A stretch of DNA of 64,000 bases from positions 50,643,008 through 50,707,007 of the forward strand of contig NC_057719.1 of NCBI RefSeq assembly GCF_004010195.1, written 5' to 3'. This document shows, in pieces, positions 1-13,450 of the stretch (positions are counted from its first letter, which is position 1; every line of letters starts with the position of its first letter). The position numbers were made by a program, and so were the translations under genes. Source of the DNA: Chiloscyllium plagiosum. Its lineage: Eukaryota. The notes beneath the pieces were generated by a model. That model saw only the letters and a list, made by a program, of their open reading frames with translations, searched no databases and had not been told where the DNA came from.

Positions 1-639
1 AAAATCTTGTCCTAGCTGAGATCACAAAAATACTTCAAGGTTTGGTAAGGTAACTATGGTATGAGTTTATATTTCAAAGTATTATATCTTCTTTGATATA
101 ACAAGATAAATGCAAGTATGGGAAGCAGTATATTTAAGGAGTCAAATATGTTTTGTTCAAAAATGTTATTTTTATTTGTGTTGTTTTTCAAATGGTACTT
201 TTTCAAGAAATGTGAGCTATTGACCAAACCGAAAAGGCTTATTTTGAATTATTTTTAGCTGTGGCTGTTTTCTGTTTTGCTGTTCGAAACGGAAAGTCAA
301 TTTCATTAAGAAAGTGAGAGAATAGTATTCTCTTGTTGTTATGACTTTTGACCTTCTACTTTCAGAGGGATAACTTTTCATGGCTTTGACCTATGCTGAT
401 CCAAATGACTTGTGTCACTTGGTAGTTTTGTTTTTGCTTCTTGATCCAAACAGGAGAACTCTGAAATGGGAAAACTGTTGCTAAATTTCTCAGTGAATGA
501 AAAAATTATGCTAGCATCATTTTGTATTCCTGTGTATGCTTTCTTTGGCCACTTTCATGCAGAAGGTCTTGAGCACAAGGGTAATAAGACTCGCTGTATT
601 GGATCTGTCACTAAAATTTAACCAATCTTTGGAAACAAT

Positions 640-1665
640 GGGCAGAACCTCTCTCTTCAAGAGCTGGCAACATTGGGAAGCTTAATTAGGTTGGCTGGTG
701 TTGTACCTGAACCTCCCCTTGGCCACTGCAAAAAATAATTCAGTGTGAAGGCCCATGTTTGGCTGCCTTATCCAGTCACCAATTGAGACCACCTAATGGC
801 TTTAGCCTGCCACTTCTTAGATTGCCTCCCAAGTGACAAGCTGCCTGGAGAGTGAGAGGGAAATTTCCTTCATCAAAGGCAATTAATAACTAATCAGGGA
901 CTGGACACCGCAGAATCATAGAATCCTGACAGTGTGGTAAGAGGCCATTTGGTGTGTTGAGTCCGCACCAACCGTGCCCCCCCCCCACAGTCGAAGAGCA
1001 TCTGACCCAGACCCAGTCCCCCACCCTATCACTGTAACCCTGCATTTTCTATGGATAATTCGCCTAGCCTGCATATCCATAGACATCATAGGGCAATTTA
1101 GTGTGGCCAATCTACCTTATCTGTACATCATTGATTTGTGGAAGCAAACCAGAGCGCCTGAGGAAAGCTATGCAGACAGAGAGAAAATGCAGTCTCCACA
1201 TAGACAATCACCCAAGGCTGGATTCCAACCTCATCCCTGGCACTGTGAGGTAGCTGTGCCATCCAAAAATCAGACTAATTCACAATTCCAGCTATGGTCA
1301 GGCAGGGAATTACGACTGGGAGCCACATCTGTGCCTCACCCTCACTGAGAGAAATGCACCTTCTCCTTGAGCTTTGCAACATTTGTCTGTGTCTTGTGTT
1401 GTCTGTGGGACTGCAGGGTGTGTTTTTTGCCCAGTAGGAGACATGGTCTCCTGTATCGTGCTGGTAAGTACTGCCCTTTGGCCTGGAGCTCTCACTAGAT
1501 GGAGACAGAGGGGTTTCTCTGAGAAACATTCCCTGGGACTTGATTCCAGGAGAATGATGACTGCTGACCTCTCCACTGCCATATTGGTTTATGCTTTGGC
1601 ATGCTTTCCCTGGATCAGGCCTCTCATTAGCTGTCCAGCCACGTAATGCTTCGAAGATTCTGCTC
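640..1665. mobile_element. Possible old non-autonomous TIR element (MITE-like), interrupted by a SINE
   Basis: Imperfect terminal inverted repeats: GGGCAGAACCT (640-650) and AGATTCTGCTC (1655-1665), 9/11 match. No coding capacity. Confidence 0.35.
912..1262 (-). mobile_element. HE1-like V-SINE, diverged
   Basis: Reverse complement resembles the 21549 SINE (central domain, ccatgctaaattgccc-like block, ATTCT-type tail). Confidence 0.8.
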
Positions 1666-1756
1666 AGTGTTCAGAAAAATTGTTAATCATTCATTGCCAA
1701 GGAAAAGCTGTTTGCATCCTTGCTCTGATGGCTATGGATTTCTGTTTGTTTGGATC

Positions 1757-1855
1757 GATTAGATTTATTATTGTCACATGTACCGAGATACAGTGAAAAT
1801 TATTGTTTTGCATGCTAAACAGACAAATGATACCTTATATAAGTACATCAGGGTA
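1757..1855 (-). mobile_element. 3' tail fragment of a Rex1/Babar-like LINE
   Basis: ttgtcacatgtaccgagatacagtgaaaa is the reverse complement of a tail like that at 24835-24870. Confidence 0.6.
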
Positions 1856-1899
1856 TTCAAATAGAATGTAGAATATAGTGTTACTATATAGTATGCTAC

Positions 1900-2403
1900 T
1901 AATAATCAAGAAACCATTTATCCAGGTAAATGTTCTGCAAACCCAGACTGAATCCCACCAGGAGAAGGTTAATAAAAGTCTGGACATAAACATCTAATGA
2001 TGATCATGAAACCACTGTGAATTGTTGTAAAACCCTCTGATTCACTAAAGTCCTTTAGGGAAAGAAAACTACCATCCTTACCTGGTTTTGCCTACATGTG
2101 ACTCCATACCCATATCAATATGGTTGACTCTTGACTGTGCTCTGATAGGGCCTTGTATAGTAAGTGTCAATCTAGCTTCATATGGGTTTCATACTGATAC
2201 ATACTAGTTTACCCCTCTGTGTGACCACGCTCCTCATTAAGTCTGATGGACTACAATACTTAAAATTGCATACATCATGTCCTCATCCTTACCAATCTGC
2301 CAGTTGCAGATGCATCTTACCGTGACAGTGTCGGTCAAGAGTGATCACCACACAGTCCTTGTGGAGATGAAGTCCTGACTTTACATCATGAATACCCTCC
2401 ATC
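1900..2403 (+). mobile_element. LINE-B 5' part: SINE-like head followed by an endonuclease-coding fragment
   Basis: 1975-2140 aligns by eye with 34745-34920. 2275-2403 encodes an APE-end motif (SDHHTVLVE) also seen on the minus strand near 62760-62826 and from 63545. Confidence 0.65.
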
Positions 2404-5400
2404 AAAGCCATAAGTATTAATTTAACCTGGAGCAGTGTTTTGTAGAGGAATAAGACTGCTATTTTCTGGGTCTGTAGTTTGAAAGAAGCAAAAATGGCCT
2501 TTAGTAGAGTGATATGCTCTTCTTGTCGGATGTGGGAGTTTAGAGAGAGTTTATGGGTTACTGAGAATTATATCTGGAATAAATGCCATTGGTTGCGAAT
2601 CCTATCAGATCGAATGGATCGGTTGGAGAGACAGAGGCAATGAGGAATTTACAAGAGCAAGGGGCTGTGATGGACTGCAGTTATAGGAAGGGGAAAAGTC
2701 ACAGATACAGTCACATAGATGGGTTCATGCAGGAGTCTTCTATGGCTATCCCCATTTCAAACAAGTATGCTGTTTTGGAAAATGTAGGGGGTGATGGATT
2801 CTCAGGGGAACATAGCACGAATAGCCAAGTTTCTGGCATTGTGACTGGCTCTAATGCAATGAGGGGTATGTCGGGTTCCAAGAGATCAATTGTGCTAGGG
2901 AATTCTCTAGTCCAAGGTATAGACTGACATTTCTGTGGCCAGCAGTGAAAAATCAGAATGGTGTGTTGCTTCCCTGGTGCCAGGATCAAGGATGTCTGAG
3001 AGAGTACAGAATGTTCGCAATGGGGAGAGGGGCCAGCAGGAAGTCATTGTACACATTGGAACCAACAACATAGGAAGGGAAAAGGTTGAGATTCTAAAGG
3101 GAGGTTACAGAGAGTAAGGCAGGAATTTAAAAAGGAGATCCTCAAGAGTAGTAATATCTGGATTACTCCCGGTGCTACGAGCTAGTGAGGGCAGGAATAG
3201 GAGGATAGAGCAGATTAATGCATGGCTGAGGACCTCGTGTACTGGAGAAGGATTCACATTTTTGGATTATTACAAACTCTTTTGGGGTAGAAGTGACCTG
3301 TACAAGAAGGACGATTGCACCTAAATTGGAAGGGGAAGAATATACTGGCAGGGAGATTTGCTACAGCTGCTTGGGAGGATTTAAACTAGTATGATGGGGG
3401 TGGGGTGGGGGGGATCCAGGGAGATAGTGAGGAAAGAGATTAATCTGAGACTGGTACAGTTGAGAACAGAATTGAGTCAAACAGTCAGGGCAGGCAGGGA
3501 CAAAGCAGAGAACAAGGTAGGACTGATAAATTAAACTGCATTTATTTCAATGCAAGGGGCCTAACAGGGAAGACAGATGAACTCAGGGCATGGTTAGGAA
3601 CATGGGACTGCAATATCATAGCAATTACAGAAACATGGCTCAGGGATGGGCAGGACTGGCAGTTTAATGTTCCAGGATACAAATGCTACAGAAAGGATAG
3701 AAAAGGAGGCAAAACAGGAGGGGGAGTGGTATATTTGGGATAGCATTACAGCTGTACTGAGGGAGGATATTCCCAGAAATACATTCAGAGATGTTATTTG
3801 GGTGGAACTGAGAAATAAGAAAGGAATGATCACCTGATTGGGATTGTATTATAGACCCCCCAATAGTCAGAGGAAAATTGAGAAACAAACTTGTAAGGAG
3901 ATCTCAGTTATCTGTAAGAATAATAGAGTGATTAAGGTAGGGGATTTTAACTTTTCAAACATAGACTGGGACTGCTATAGTATTAAGGGGTTAGATGGAG
4001 AGGAATTTGTTAAGTGTGTACAAGAAAATTTTCTGATTCAGTATGTGGATGTACCTATCAGAGAAGGTGCAAAACCTGACCTACTTTTGGGAAATAAGGC
4101 AGGGCAGGTGACTGAGGTGTCAGTGGGGGAGCACTTTGGGGCTAGTGACCATAATTTTATTAGTTTTAAAATAGTGATGGAAAAAGATAGACGAGATCTA
4201 AAAGTTGAAATTCTAGATTGGAGGAAGGCCAATTTTGAGGGTATGAGGCAAGAACTTTTTAAAGCTGATTAGAGGTCGATGTTCGCAGGTAAAGGGATGG
4301 CTGGAAAATGGGAAACCTTCAGAAATAAGATAGCGAGAGTCCATAGAAAGTATATTCCTATTAGGATGAAAGGAAAGGCTGGTAGGTATAGGGAATGCTG
4401 GATGGCTAAAGAAATTGAGGCTTTTATTCAGAAAAAGAAGGAAGCATATATCAGATATAGACAGGATAGATCAAGTGAATCCTTAGAAGAATATAAAGGG
4501 TAGTAGGAGTATACTTAAGAGGGAAATCAGGAGGGCAAAAAGGGGACATGAGATACCTTTGGCAAACAGAGTTAAGGAAAATCCAAAGGGATTTTACAAA
4601 TACCTTAAGGACAAAAGGGTAACTAGGGAGAGAATAGGGTCCCTCAAAGATCAGCAAGGCAGTCTTTGTGTGGAGCTGCAGGAGATGTGGGAGACACTAA
4701 ATGAGTATTTTGCACCAGTATTTACTGTGGAAAAGGATATGGAAGATATAGAATGTAGAGAAATAGATGATGACATCTTGAAAAATGTCCATCTTACAGA
4801 GGAGGAAGTGCTAGATGTCTTGAAATGCATAAAAGTGGATTAATCCCCAGGACCTGATCAGGTGTACCCTAGAACTCTGTGGGAAGCTAGGGAAGTGGTT
4901 GCTGGGGCTCTTACTGAGATATTTGTATCATCGATAGTCACAGGTGAGGTGCCGGAAGACTGGAGGTAAGCTAACGTGGTGCCACTGTTTAAGAAAGGTG
5001 TTAAGGACAAGCCAGGGAACTATAGACCGGTGAGCCTGACGTCAGTGGTGGGCAAGTTGTTGGAGGGAATCCTGAGGGACAGGATGTACATGTATTTGGA
5101 AAGGCAAGGACTGATTACGGATAGTCAACATGGCTTTGTGCGTGGGAAATCATGCTCACAAACTTGGTTGAGTTTTTTGAAGAAGTAACAAAGAGGATTG
5201 ATGAAAGCAGAGCAGTAGATGTGATCTATATGGACTTCAGTAAGGCGTTCGACAAGGTTCCCCATGGGAGACTGATTAGCAAGGTTAGATCTCATGGAAT
5301 AAAGGGAGAATCCGCCATTTGGATACAGAACTGGCTCAAATGTAGAAGACAGAGGTTGGTGGTGGAGAGTTGTTTTTCAGACTGGAGGCCTGTGACCAGT

Positions 5401-5823
5401 GGAGTGCCACAAGGATCGGTGCTGGATACACTACTTTTCATTATTTATAGAAATGATTTGGATGCGAGCGTAAGAGGTACAGTTAGTAAGTTTGCAGATG
5501 ACACCAAAATTGGAGGTGTAGTGGACAGCAAAGAGGGTGACCTCAGATTACAACGGGATCTTGATCAGATGGGTCAATGTGCTGAGGAGTGGCAGATGGA
5601 GTTTAATTTAGATAAATATGAGTGCTGCATTTTGGGAAAGCAAATCTTAGCAGGACTTATACACTTAATGGTAATGTCCGAGGGAGTGTTGCTGAACAAA
5701 GAGAACTTGGAGTGTAGGTTCATAGCTCCTTGAAAGTGGAGTCGCAGGTAGATAGGATAGTGAAGAAAGCGTTTGGTATGCTTTCCTTTATTGGTCAGAG
5801 TATTGAGTACAGGAGTTGGGAGG
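2404..5823 (+). mobile_element. CR1 (HER1-type) LINE with ORF1 and ORF2, decayed, 3' end missing
   Basis: ORF1 from ATG 2494 (MAFSRVICSSCRMWE, Zn-finger-like) and a GDSL-like esterase motif (IVLGNSLVQG). ORF2 has APE motifs (CIYFNARG, GDFN, SDH) and RT motifs (NYRPVSLTS, DFSKAFDKV, GVPQGSVL, KFADDTK). Many stops and frameshifts. Confidence 0.95.
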
Positions 5824-6855
5824 TAAGCTTAGCAATCTCATAACCAATGGATCAGATCTAAGCTCTGTAGTTCTGTCACATCCAGTTTTGAGTGGTAGTG
5901 GACATTTAACTCACTGGAGGAGGAGGCTCCACAAATCTCCCCATCCTTAATGATGGAAGAGTCCAGCACATCAGTGCAAAAGATAAGACTGAAGCATTCA
6001 CAGTAATCTTCAGTCAGAGTGCCATGTGGGTGATCCATTTTAGCATCCTCAGGTGGTTCACAGCATTACAGATACTAGCCTTCAGACTATTCGATTCACT
6101 CCGTGTGATATCAAGAAATTATTGGACACGCTGGATACTGCAAAGGCTTTGGACCCTGACAACACTCCAGTAATAGTACTGAAGACTTGTGCTCCAGAAC
6201 TTGCTGCTCCCCTAGCCAAGCAGTTCCAATACAGTTACAACACCAGTATACCCATAATGTGGAAAATTGTCCAGGTATTTCTCTACATAAAAAGCAGGGT
6301 AAGTCCAACCAAGCCAAGTCTACTCTCAAACATAAGTGATGGAAGGTATCATCAAAAGTGCTATCAAGCAGCACCTACCTGCTCATCAATAACCTGCTCA
6401 CTGACACTCAGTTTGGGTTCCACCAGGGCTACTCTGCTTCTGACCACATTACAGCCTTCGTGCAAACAGGGTTAAAAGCAATAAGTTCCAATAAGTGAGC
6501 TGAAAGTACCCTTGACATTAAGGTCTTGTTCAACTGAGTGTGGTATCAAGGTGCTGACGTAAAACTGGAATCAGCAGGTATCAGGGGACAAACTTCCTGC
6601 TGGCACATAGGAAGATGGTTGTGGTTATTGGAAGTCAGTCATATCAGCTTCAGGACATGCTTGCAGGAGTTCCTCAGAGTTGTTTCCTCGGCCAACCAAC
6701 TTCAGCTGCTTCATAAATGACCTTCTCTCCATCATAAGGTCAGAAGTGGGCATGTTCACTGATGACAGCAAAATGTTCAGCACCATTTGCAACTCCTCAG
6801 ATGTTGAAGCAGTCCATGTTCAAATGCAACAAGATCTGGACAATATCTAGGCTGG
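5824..6855 (+). mobile_element. LINE-B linker/RT fragment
   Basis: LDTAKALDPDNTPVIVLKTCAPELAAPLAK...FTDD-like motif...QQDLDNI. Homologous to 42080-42915. Confidence 0.85.
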
Positions 6856-9800
6856 GATATTACTAGGACTTTAAACTAGTGAATTGTGTGGAAAGGAAAG
6901 GGGAAAATGACAGAAAATATAATGGTAAATAGAAAAGGAAGCAATGGGTTAACGTGTGCAGGAGGGTTTAACTACATTGAAGATTGTGAAAGAAATTAAA
7001 AGGAAGGAAAACTCGGGCGATGTTATTAATGGAGATGTTAGAATTCAGAAAGAAGGTATAATACCTATCGTAAAGGCACTTTACCTAAATGCTTATAGCA
7101 TTCAAAGCAAGGTAGATGAGTTAACAGCACAAATTGTTGCGAATGAGTATGATTAATAACCATTACGGACACGGTTGCAGGATGGTCACAACTGGGAAAC
7201 AAATTCCAGAGGTATCCAACTATTCGGAAGGGCAAGCAGAAAGGTGTGGGAAGTGGTGTATCTCGGATATTTAAGGATAACATCAGGGCAGTGATGAGAG
7301 ATGATATAGGTTCTTCGGAGAATAAGGTTGAATCCATTTGGTTGGAAATTAGAAATTCTAAGAAGAAAAAAAATCACTGATAGGCGTAGTCAATAGGCCA
7401 CCAAATAATGACATCACATTGGGGTGGGCAGTAAACAAATAAATAACTAATGCCTGTAAAATGGTATGGCAATTATCATGGAGGATTTTAATCTACATGT
7501 CGATTGGTCGAATCAGGTCAGTCAAGGCGAAGTTTGTTGAATGTATCTGCAATCGTTTTCTTGAACATTATGTAATAGAACCGATGAGGGAGGAAGCTCT
7601 CCTCTGTCTGGTCCTGTGTCTTGAGACAGGAATAATTAATGATCTAATAGTTAGGGTTCCTCTTGGAAGGAGCGATCACAGTATGAGGTTGAATTTAGAA
7701 TACAAAAGGAAAGTGAGAAGATAAAATCCAATACCAGAGTCCTGTGCTTAAACAAGGGAGACTACATTAGGATGAGGGACGAGTTGGCTAAAGTAGGCTG
7801 GAAGCAAAGACTTTATGTGGGACAATTGATGAACAGTAGAGGACTTTCAAAGCAAGTTTTCAAAGAGCTCAGCAGAAGTATATACCAGTGAAAGGAAGGA
7901 CTGTAAGAAAAGGGTAATCAGCCATGGATTACTAAGGAAATAGGAGAGGTTATCAAGTTGAAAGATAAGGCATACAAAGTGGCAAAGACCAATGGGAAAC
8001 TGGAAGATTTGGAAAACTTTAGAGGTCAACAGAAAGCCACAAAAAAGCTATGAAGAAAAGTAAGATGGATTAAGAGAGTAAGATGGATTAAGAGAGTAAA
8101 CTATCTCAAAACATAATAACAGATAGATAGCAAAAGTTTCTGTAAAGATGTAAAACCAAATAGGCTAAGGTAAACAGCTAAGGTAAACATTGCTCCTTTA
8201 GAGGATGAGAAGGGGGATTGAACAATGGGAAATGAGGATATAGCCGAGGCATTGAACAGGTATTGTGTGTCGCTCTTCACAGCGGAGGACACGAATAACA
8301 TGCAAGTCATTGACAAGGAGATTCAAGTAGCTGAGGGCCTAGAAATGATCATTATCATGAAAGAGGTAGTATTGGGGAAGCTAATGGAGACAAAGGTAGA
8401 CGAGTCTCCTGGCCTAATAGAATACATCCCAGGGTACTAATAGAGATGGCAGACGAAATGGCAAATGCACTCTTGATAATTTTCCAATATTCACTGGACT
8501 CTGGGGCAGTTCCAGCAGATTGGAAAACAGCAAATGTAACACCACTGTTTAAAAAAGGAGGTGGACAAAAGATTGGGACTTGTAGACCAGGTAGCTTAAC
8601 TTTTGTATTGGGAAAAATGCTTGGATCTATCATCAAGGAAGAACTAGCAAGGCATCTGAATAGAAGTTGTCCCATTGGGCAGATGCAGCATGGGTTCATG
8701 AAAGGCAGGTCATGTTTAATTAATTAACTGGAAATCTGTGAAGACATTACAAGCACAATGGATAATGGGGACCGCATAGATGAGGTATATCTAGATTTCC
8801 AAAAGGCATTCGACAAGGTGCAGAACAAAAGGCTGCTGAATAAGATAAAGGTGCACAGCATTATGGGCAATGTATTAGCATGGATAGAGGATTGGTTACC
8901 TAACAGGAAACCAAGAGTTGGGGATAAATGAGTGTTATTCTGATTGGTGATCAGTGACTAGCGGTACACCTCAGGAATCAGTGCTGGATCCGCAATTGTT
9001 TACAATTTACATAGATGATTTGGAGTTGGGGACCACACGTAGTGTGTCAAAGTTTGTGGCTGACGCTAAGATGAGTGGTAGAACAAAGTGTGCAGAGGAC
9101 TCTGAAAGTTTACAGAGGGACATAGATAGTTTAAGTGAGTGGACAAAGGTCTGGCAGATAGAGTACAATGTTGATAATTGTGAAGTCATCCAATTTGATA
9201 GGAATAACAGTAAAATGGACTATTATTTGAATGGTAAATAAATTACAGAATGCTGCTATGCAGAGGGACCTGGCTGTCCTTGTGCATGAATCACAGAAGG
9301 TTGGTTTGCAGGTACAACAAATAATTAGGAAGGCAAATGGAATTTTGTCCTTCAATGCTAGAGGGATTGAGTTCAAAAGCAGGGAGGTTCTGTTACAGCT
9401 GTATAGTGTCCTGGTGAGGCCACACCTGGAGTACTGTGTGGCTGCCTTATTTGAGAAAGGATGTACTGGCACTAGAAGGGGTGCAGAGGAGGTTCAGTAG
9501 GTTGGTTCGGAGTTGAAGGGGTTGGCTTGATTGAAATTTAGAAGAATGAGGAGGGATCTTACAGAAACATAAAATTATGAACATAACAGATAAAATAGAA
9601 GCAGGGAGATGTTTCATTGATGGGTGAAGCTAGAACAAGAGGGCATAGCCTCAAAATTCGGGGGAGCAGATTTAGGAATGAATTGAGGAGGACTTCTTCA
9701 CCCAAAGGGTTGTGAATCTGTGGAATTCCCTGCCCAGTGAAAATACTTTTGGCTTCCCCACTGAACATTTATAAAGCTAAGATAGATAAGTTTTTTTGAA

Positions 9801-9942
9801 CAGTGAAGGAATTAAGAGTTATTGTGAGAGGGTGGGTAAGTGGAGGTGAGGCCTAGAAAAGATCAGACATGATCATATTGAATGATGGAGTGGGCTTGAA
9901 CAGCCAGATTGCCTACTCCTGCTCCAAGTTCTTATGTTCTTA
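6856..9942 (+). mobile_element. CR1 LINE (different subfamily), 5'-truncated, ORF2 remnant plus 3' tail
   Basis: KALYLNAYSI (APE start), WKTANVTPLFKKG, KFVADAK, LVRPHLEYC. Ends in a ttcttatgttcttatg tail. Confidence 0.92.
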
Positions 9943-10040
9943 TGGGTCAAAATCATGGAATTCCTTCTGTAAAAGCATTGTAGGCTTTCCTGTACCAAAT
10001 GAACTGCACCAATCCAAGAAGGTGGTACACCACAACTTTC
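9943..10040 (+). mobile_element. LINE-B 3' end fragment
   Basis: gggtcaaaatcatggaattcc...caagaagg...caccac matches the LINE-B ends at 43517-43630 and 32525-32640. Confidence 0.7.
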
Positions 10041-13000
10041 TCAAGAGTAATTTGGGATGTGTCACAGAGGTAAACAGTATAGAAACAGCTCTTTCAGCCC
10101 AAGTTGTCCATGCCACCCAGGTTTCCTAAACTGAGCCCGTCCCATCTGTCTGCTTTTGGCCCATATCTCTCGAAACCTTTTATCCACATAACTGTCCAAA
10201 TGTCTTTCAAATGCTGTAATTGTATCTGCCTCTACTACTTTCTCTGGCACCTCATTCCATATACTCACCACCGTTTATGTGAAAAAGCAGCCCCTCAGAT
10301 CCCTTTTAAATCTTTCCCCTCTGACCTTTAACCTGTGCACCCTAGTGTTGCACTCCCCTATCCTGGGGTAAAGCCCTTGACTTTTACCTTATCTATGCCC
10401 ATCATGAATTTACAAATTTCTATAAGGTCATCCCTCAGCCTCCCACACTTGAAGGAAAAGAGAAGTCCCAACCTATGCAGCCTTTCCTTATAACTCAAGC
10501 CTTCCAATCTCGGCAATATTCCTGTAAATCATTTTTGCACACTTTCCAGCTTAATAATATCAATTCTATAGCAGGGCGACCAGAATTGTATGCAAAATGT
10601 GGTCTTACCAACTTCTTCTCCATGACGACCCAACTCTTGTACTCAGTGCTCTGACAGTTGAAAGGAAATCTGCTAAAGGCTGCCTTCACCACCCTGTCTC
10701 GGGACTATATATATGCGCCCCAGGTCTCTCTCTTCAACAGCACTCCCCAGGGCCCTAACATTAACTGTGTATGCTGAGTCCTGGTTTGTCTTAACAAAAT
10801 GCAACACCTCTCATTAATCTGCATTAAACTTCATTTGCTATTCCTTGGCCCACTAGCCCAGCTGATCAAGATGCTTCTGTACTTTTAGGTAACCTTCTTC
10901 ACTGTTCACTATGCCAGCAACTTCATTGTCATCGGCAAACCTAGTAACCATTCCTGCTATATTCTCATCCAAATCGTTTTTATAAATGACAAACAATAGT
11001 GGATCTAGCACCAATCCTTGCTCGTCACAGGCCTCCAGTCTGAACAACAGCCCTCTCCTACCATCCTCTGTTTCCTCCCTTTCCTCCCTTTAAGCCAATT
11101 TTGTATCCAATTGGCTCTCTCTCCATCTGATTTAATGTTACTAACCAGGCTACTATGCGGGATCTTGTTGAAGGCCAAACTGAAGTCCACGCAGACAAAG
11201 TTTACTGCACTGCCCTCATCTATCATCTTGGTCACACCTTCAAAAAACTCAATCAAATTCATGAGACACAACTTCCAATGGCAGAAAGCCTAACCAGTCC
11301 TTGACTTTCCAAATGCATGTAGATTCTGCTTCTCCGAATCCCCTCCAATAACCACCACTCGGTTCATCAGTCTGTAGTTCCTTGACTTTTCCTGGCATTC
11401 TTCTTAAGTAATGGCGCAACACTCTTCTGACACATCACCCACGGCTGTCAAGGATGCAAATATCTCCTCCTGAGGCCCCATAATTTCTTTCCTAGTCTTG
11501 ATCCCAGCTGTCCGTACATGACATATTCCCCCTTCTTTTCCTTGACCAGCACCTCTCTAACTCTAGTCATCCAGTGTTCCCTACTTTAGCCAGCCTTGCC
11601 CTTCATGCTAATAGGAACATGCTGGTCCTGAAGTGTTGTTTTCTTGCATTTGGAAGCCTCCCACTTGACAGATGTCCCTCTACCTGTGAACAGCCCACAC
11701 AATCAACTTTTGAAAGTTCCTGTCTAATACCATCAAAATTGTCCTTGCCCCAATTTAGAACTTTAACTTGACCTGACCTATTCTTTTCCATAACTATTTT
11801 AAAACTAATAGAATTATGGTTACTAGTCCCAAAGTGCTCCCCAGCTAACACCTCAGAGACTGGCCCTGCTTTATTTCCCAAGAGGAGGTCAAGTTTTGCC
11901 CCTTCTCTAGTAGGTCATCTACATATTGATTAAGAAATGTTTTCAAAACATGCTTAACAAATTCCTCCCCATCCAAGCACTTAGCACTATGGCAGTCCCA
12001 ATGTATGTTTAGAAAATTAAAACTCCCTACGATTACAATCCTATTATTCTTGCAGTTATTTGCAATCTCCCTATGTATTTGCTTCTCAAATTTCTGCTGA
12101 CTATTGGGGGCCTATGGTACCATCTCATCAAAGTGATCACCCCTTGCTTATTTCTCAGTTGCACAGATATAGTGTGTCAGGAATATCCTGTCTAAGTACT
12201 GCCGTGATGTTTTCCCTAATCAAAAATGCCAGTGCCCCTCCTCTCTCGCCTCCCTTTCTATCCTTCCTGTGGCATCTGTACCTCAGAACAGTGAGCTGCT
12301 AGTCCTGTCCCTTCCTGAGCCATGTTTCTGAAATAGCTATGATATCCCAGTCTCATTTTCTCGTAATACCCTGAATTCATCTGGTTACCTGTCAGGCCTC
12401 TTGAATTGAAATAAATGCAGCTTCATTCGTTAGTCTTTCCTTGTTTCCTGCTGTGCTCTTGCCTGCCTAGTCTATTTAACTTGCTTTTTTTAACTTCTGC
12501 ATTAGCCTCAACCTTCTCTTTTGTGTCCACTGTTTAAAGTCCTACCCTCTACCAGACTAGTTTAAAGCCTCCCGAATAGCACGAGCAAATCTCCCCGCCA
12601 GGTCTCCTTCCAATTCAGGTGCAACCCGTCCCTCTTGTACAGGTCACCTCTGCCCCAGATGTGATCCCAGTGATCAAAAAATCTAAATCTCTGCTCCCTC
12701 CAGCAGCTCCTCTGTCATGCATTCATGTGCCCTATCTCCCTATTCCTGCACTCACTAGCCCATGGCACCAATAGAAATCCAGAGATTGCTTCGCATGAGC
12801 GCATGCTTTTTAACCTGTCTATACTTCACTCTGTAGGACCTCATCCCTTTTTCTACCTATATTGTTGATACCAATGTGTACAAGGATCTTTGGTTGCTCA
12901 TGCTGTCCTTTGAGAAATTGCTGCAACTGCTTCAAGATGTCCATGACCCTGGCGCCAAGTTGGCAACACAGCATCTGGGGTCTTGCTTACGACTGCAGAA

Positions 13001-13450
13001 ACACTTGTCTTTGCCCGTGACTAGAGAGTCCCCTATCACAATTGCTTGCCTGGACTTTGCCATACCTTGCTTTAAAGCAGAGCCAGTCTTAGTCCCACAG
13101 ACTTAGCTGTTGCTGGTATTTTCCACTGCAAGGCTGTTTCCCCCCCAACGATATCCAAAACACTATACTTATTTGAGAGAGAGAGAGCACGCACCAAGGA
13201 GACTCCTGCATTACCTGCCTATCTCTCCTGAATGCCATCCATCTACCTGACTGAACCTACAATGTGACCACCTCCCTGAAGCAACTATCTGTCTCACTCT
13301 CTGCCTCGTGTATGCTGGTCAGTGATTCCAGATGCTTCTCCGATGGACCTATTGTGGTCTGAGAGGAGGATCTGCAGAAATAGTCACCAGGGACATTTGA
13401 CTGCTCCCTGATCTCTCACAGCTGACAGGAAGACCATACCACACTACTGA
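10041..13450 (-). mobile_element. CR1 LINE, decayed with internal deletions
   Basis: Minus-strand ORFs RFADDNEV, NLIEFFEGVTKMIDEG and GEHFGTSNHNSISFKI. 3' tail near 10041-10150, ORF1-like sequence towards 13400. Confidence 0.9.

Noticed and set aside
1..48. Possible tail of an upstream KIAA0586 exon (NLVLAEITKILQG..., several GT donors)
   Set aside because: Truncated by the window edge, no recognisable homology, and the donor is ambiguous.
2494..5733. Possibly active or domesticated LINE ORFs
   Set aside because: Multiple stops and frameshifts in both ORFs, and the 3' end is missing.
8059..8189. 18-bp and 13-bp tandem duplications
   Set aside because: Ordinary slippage duplications within a dead CR1.
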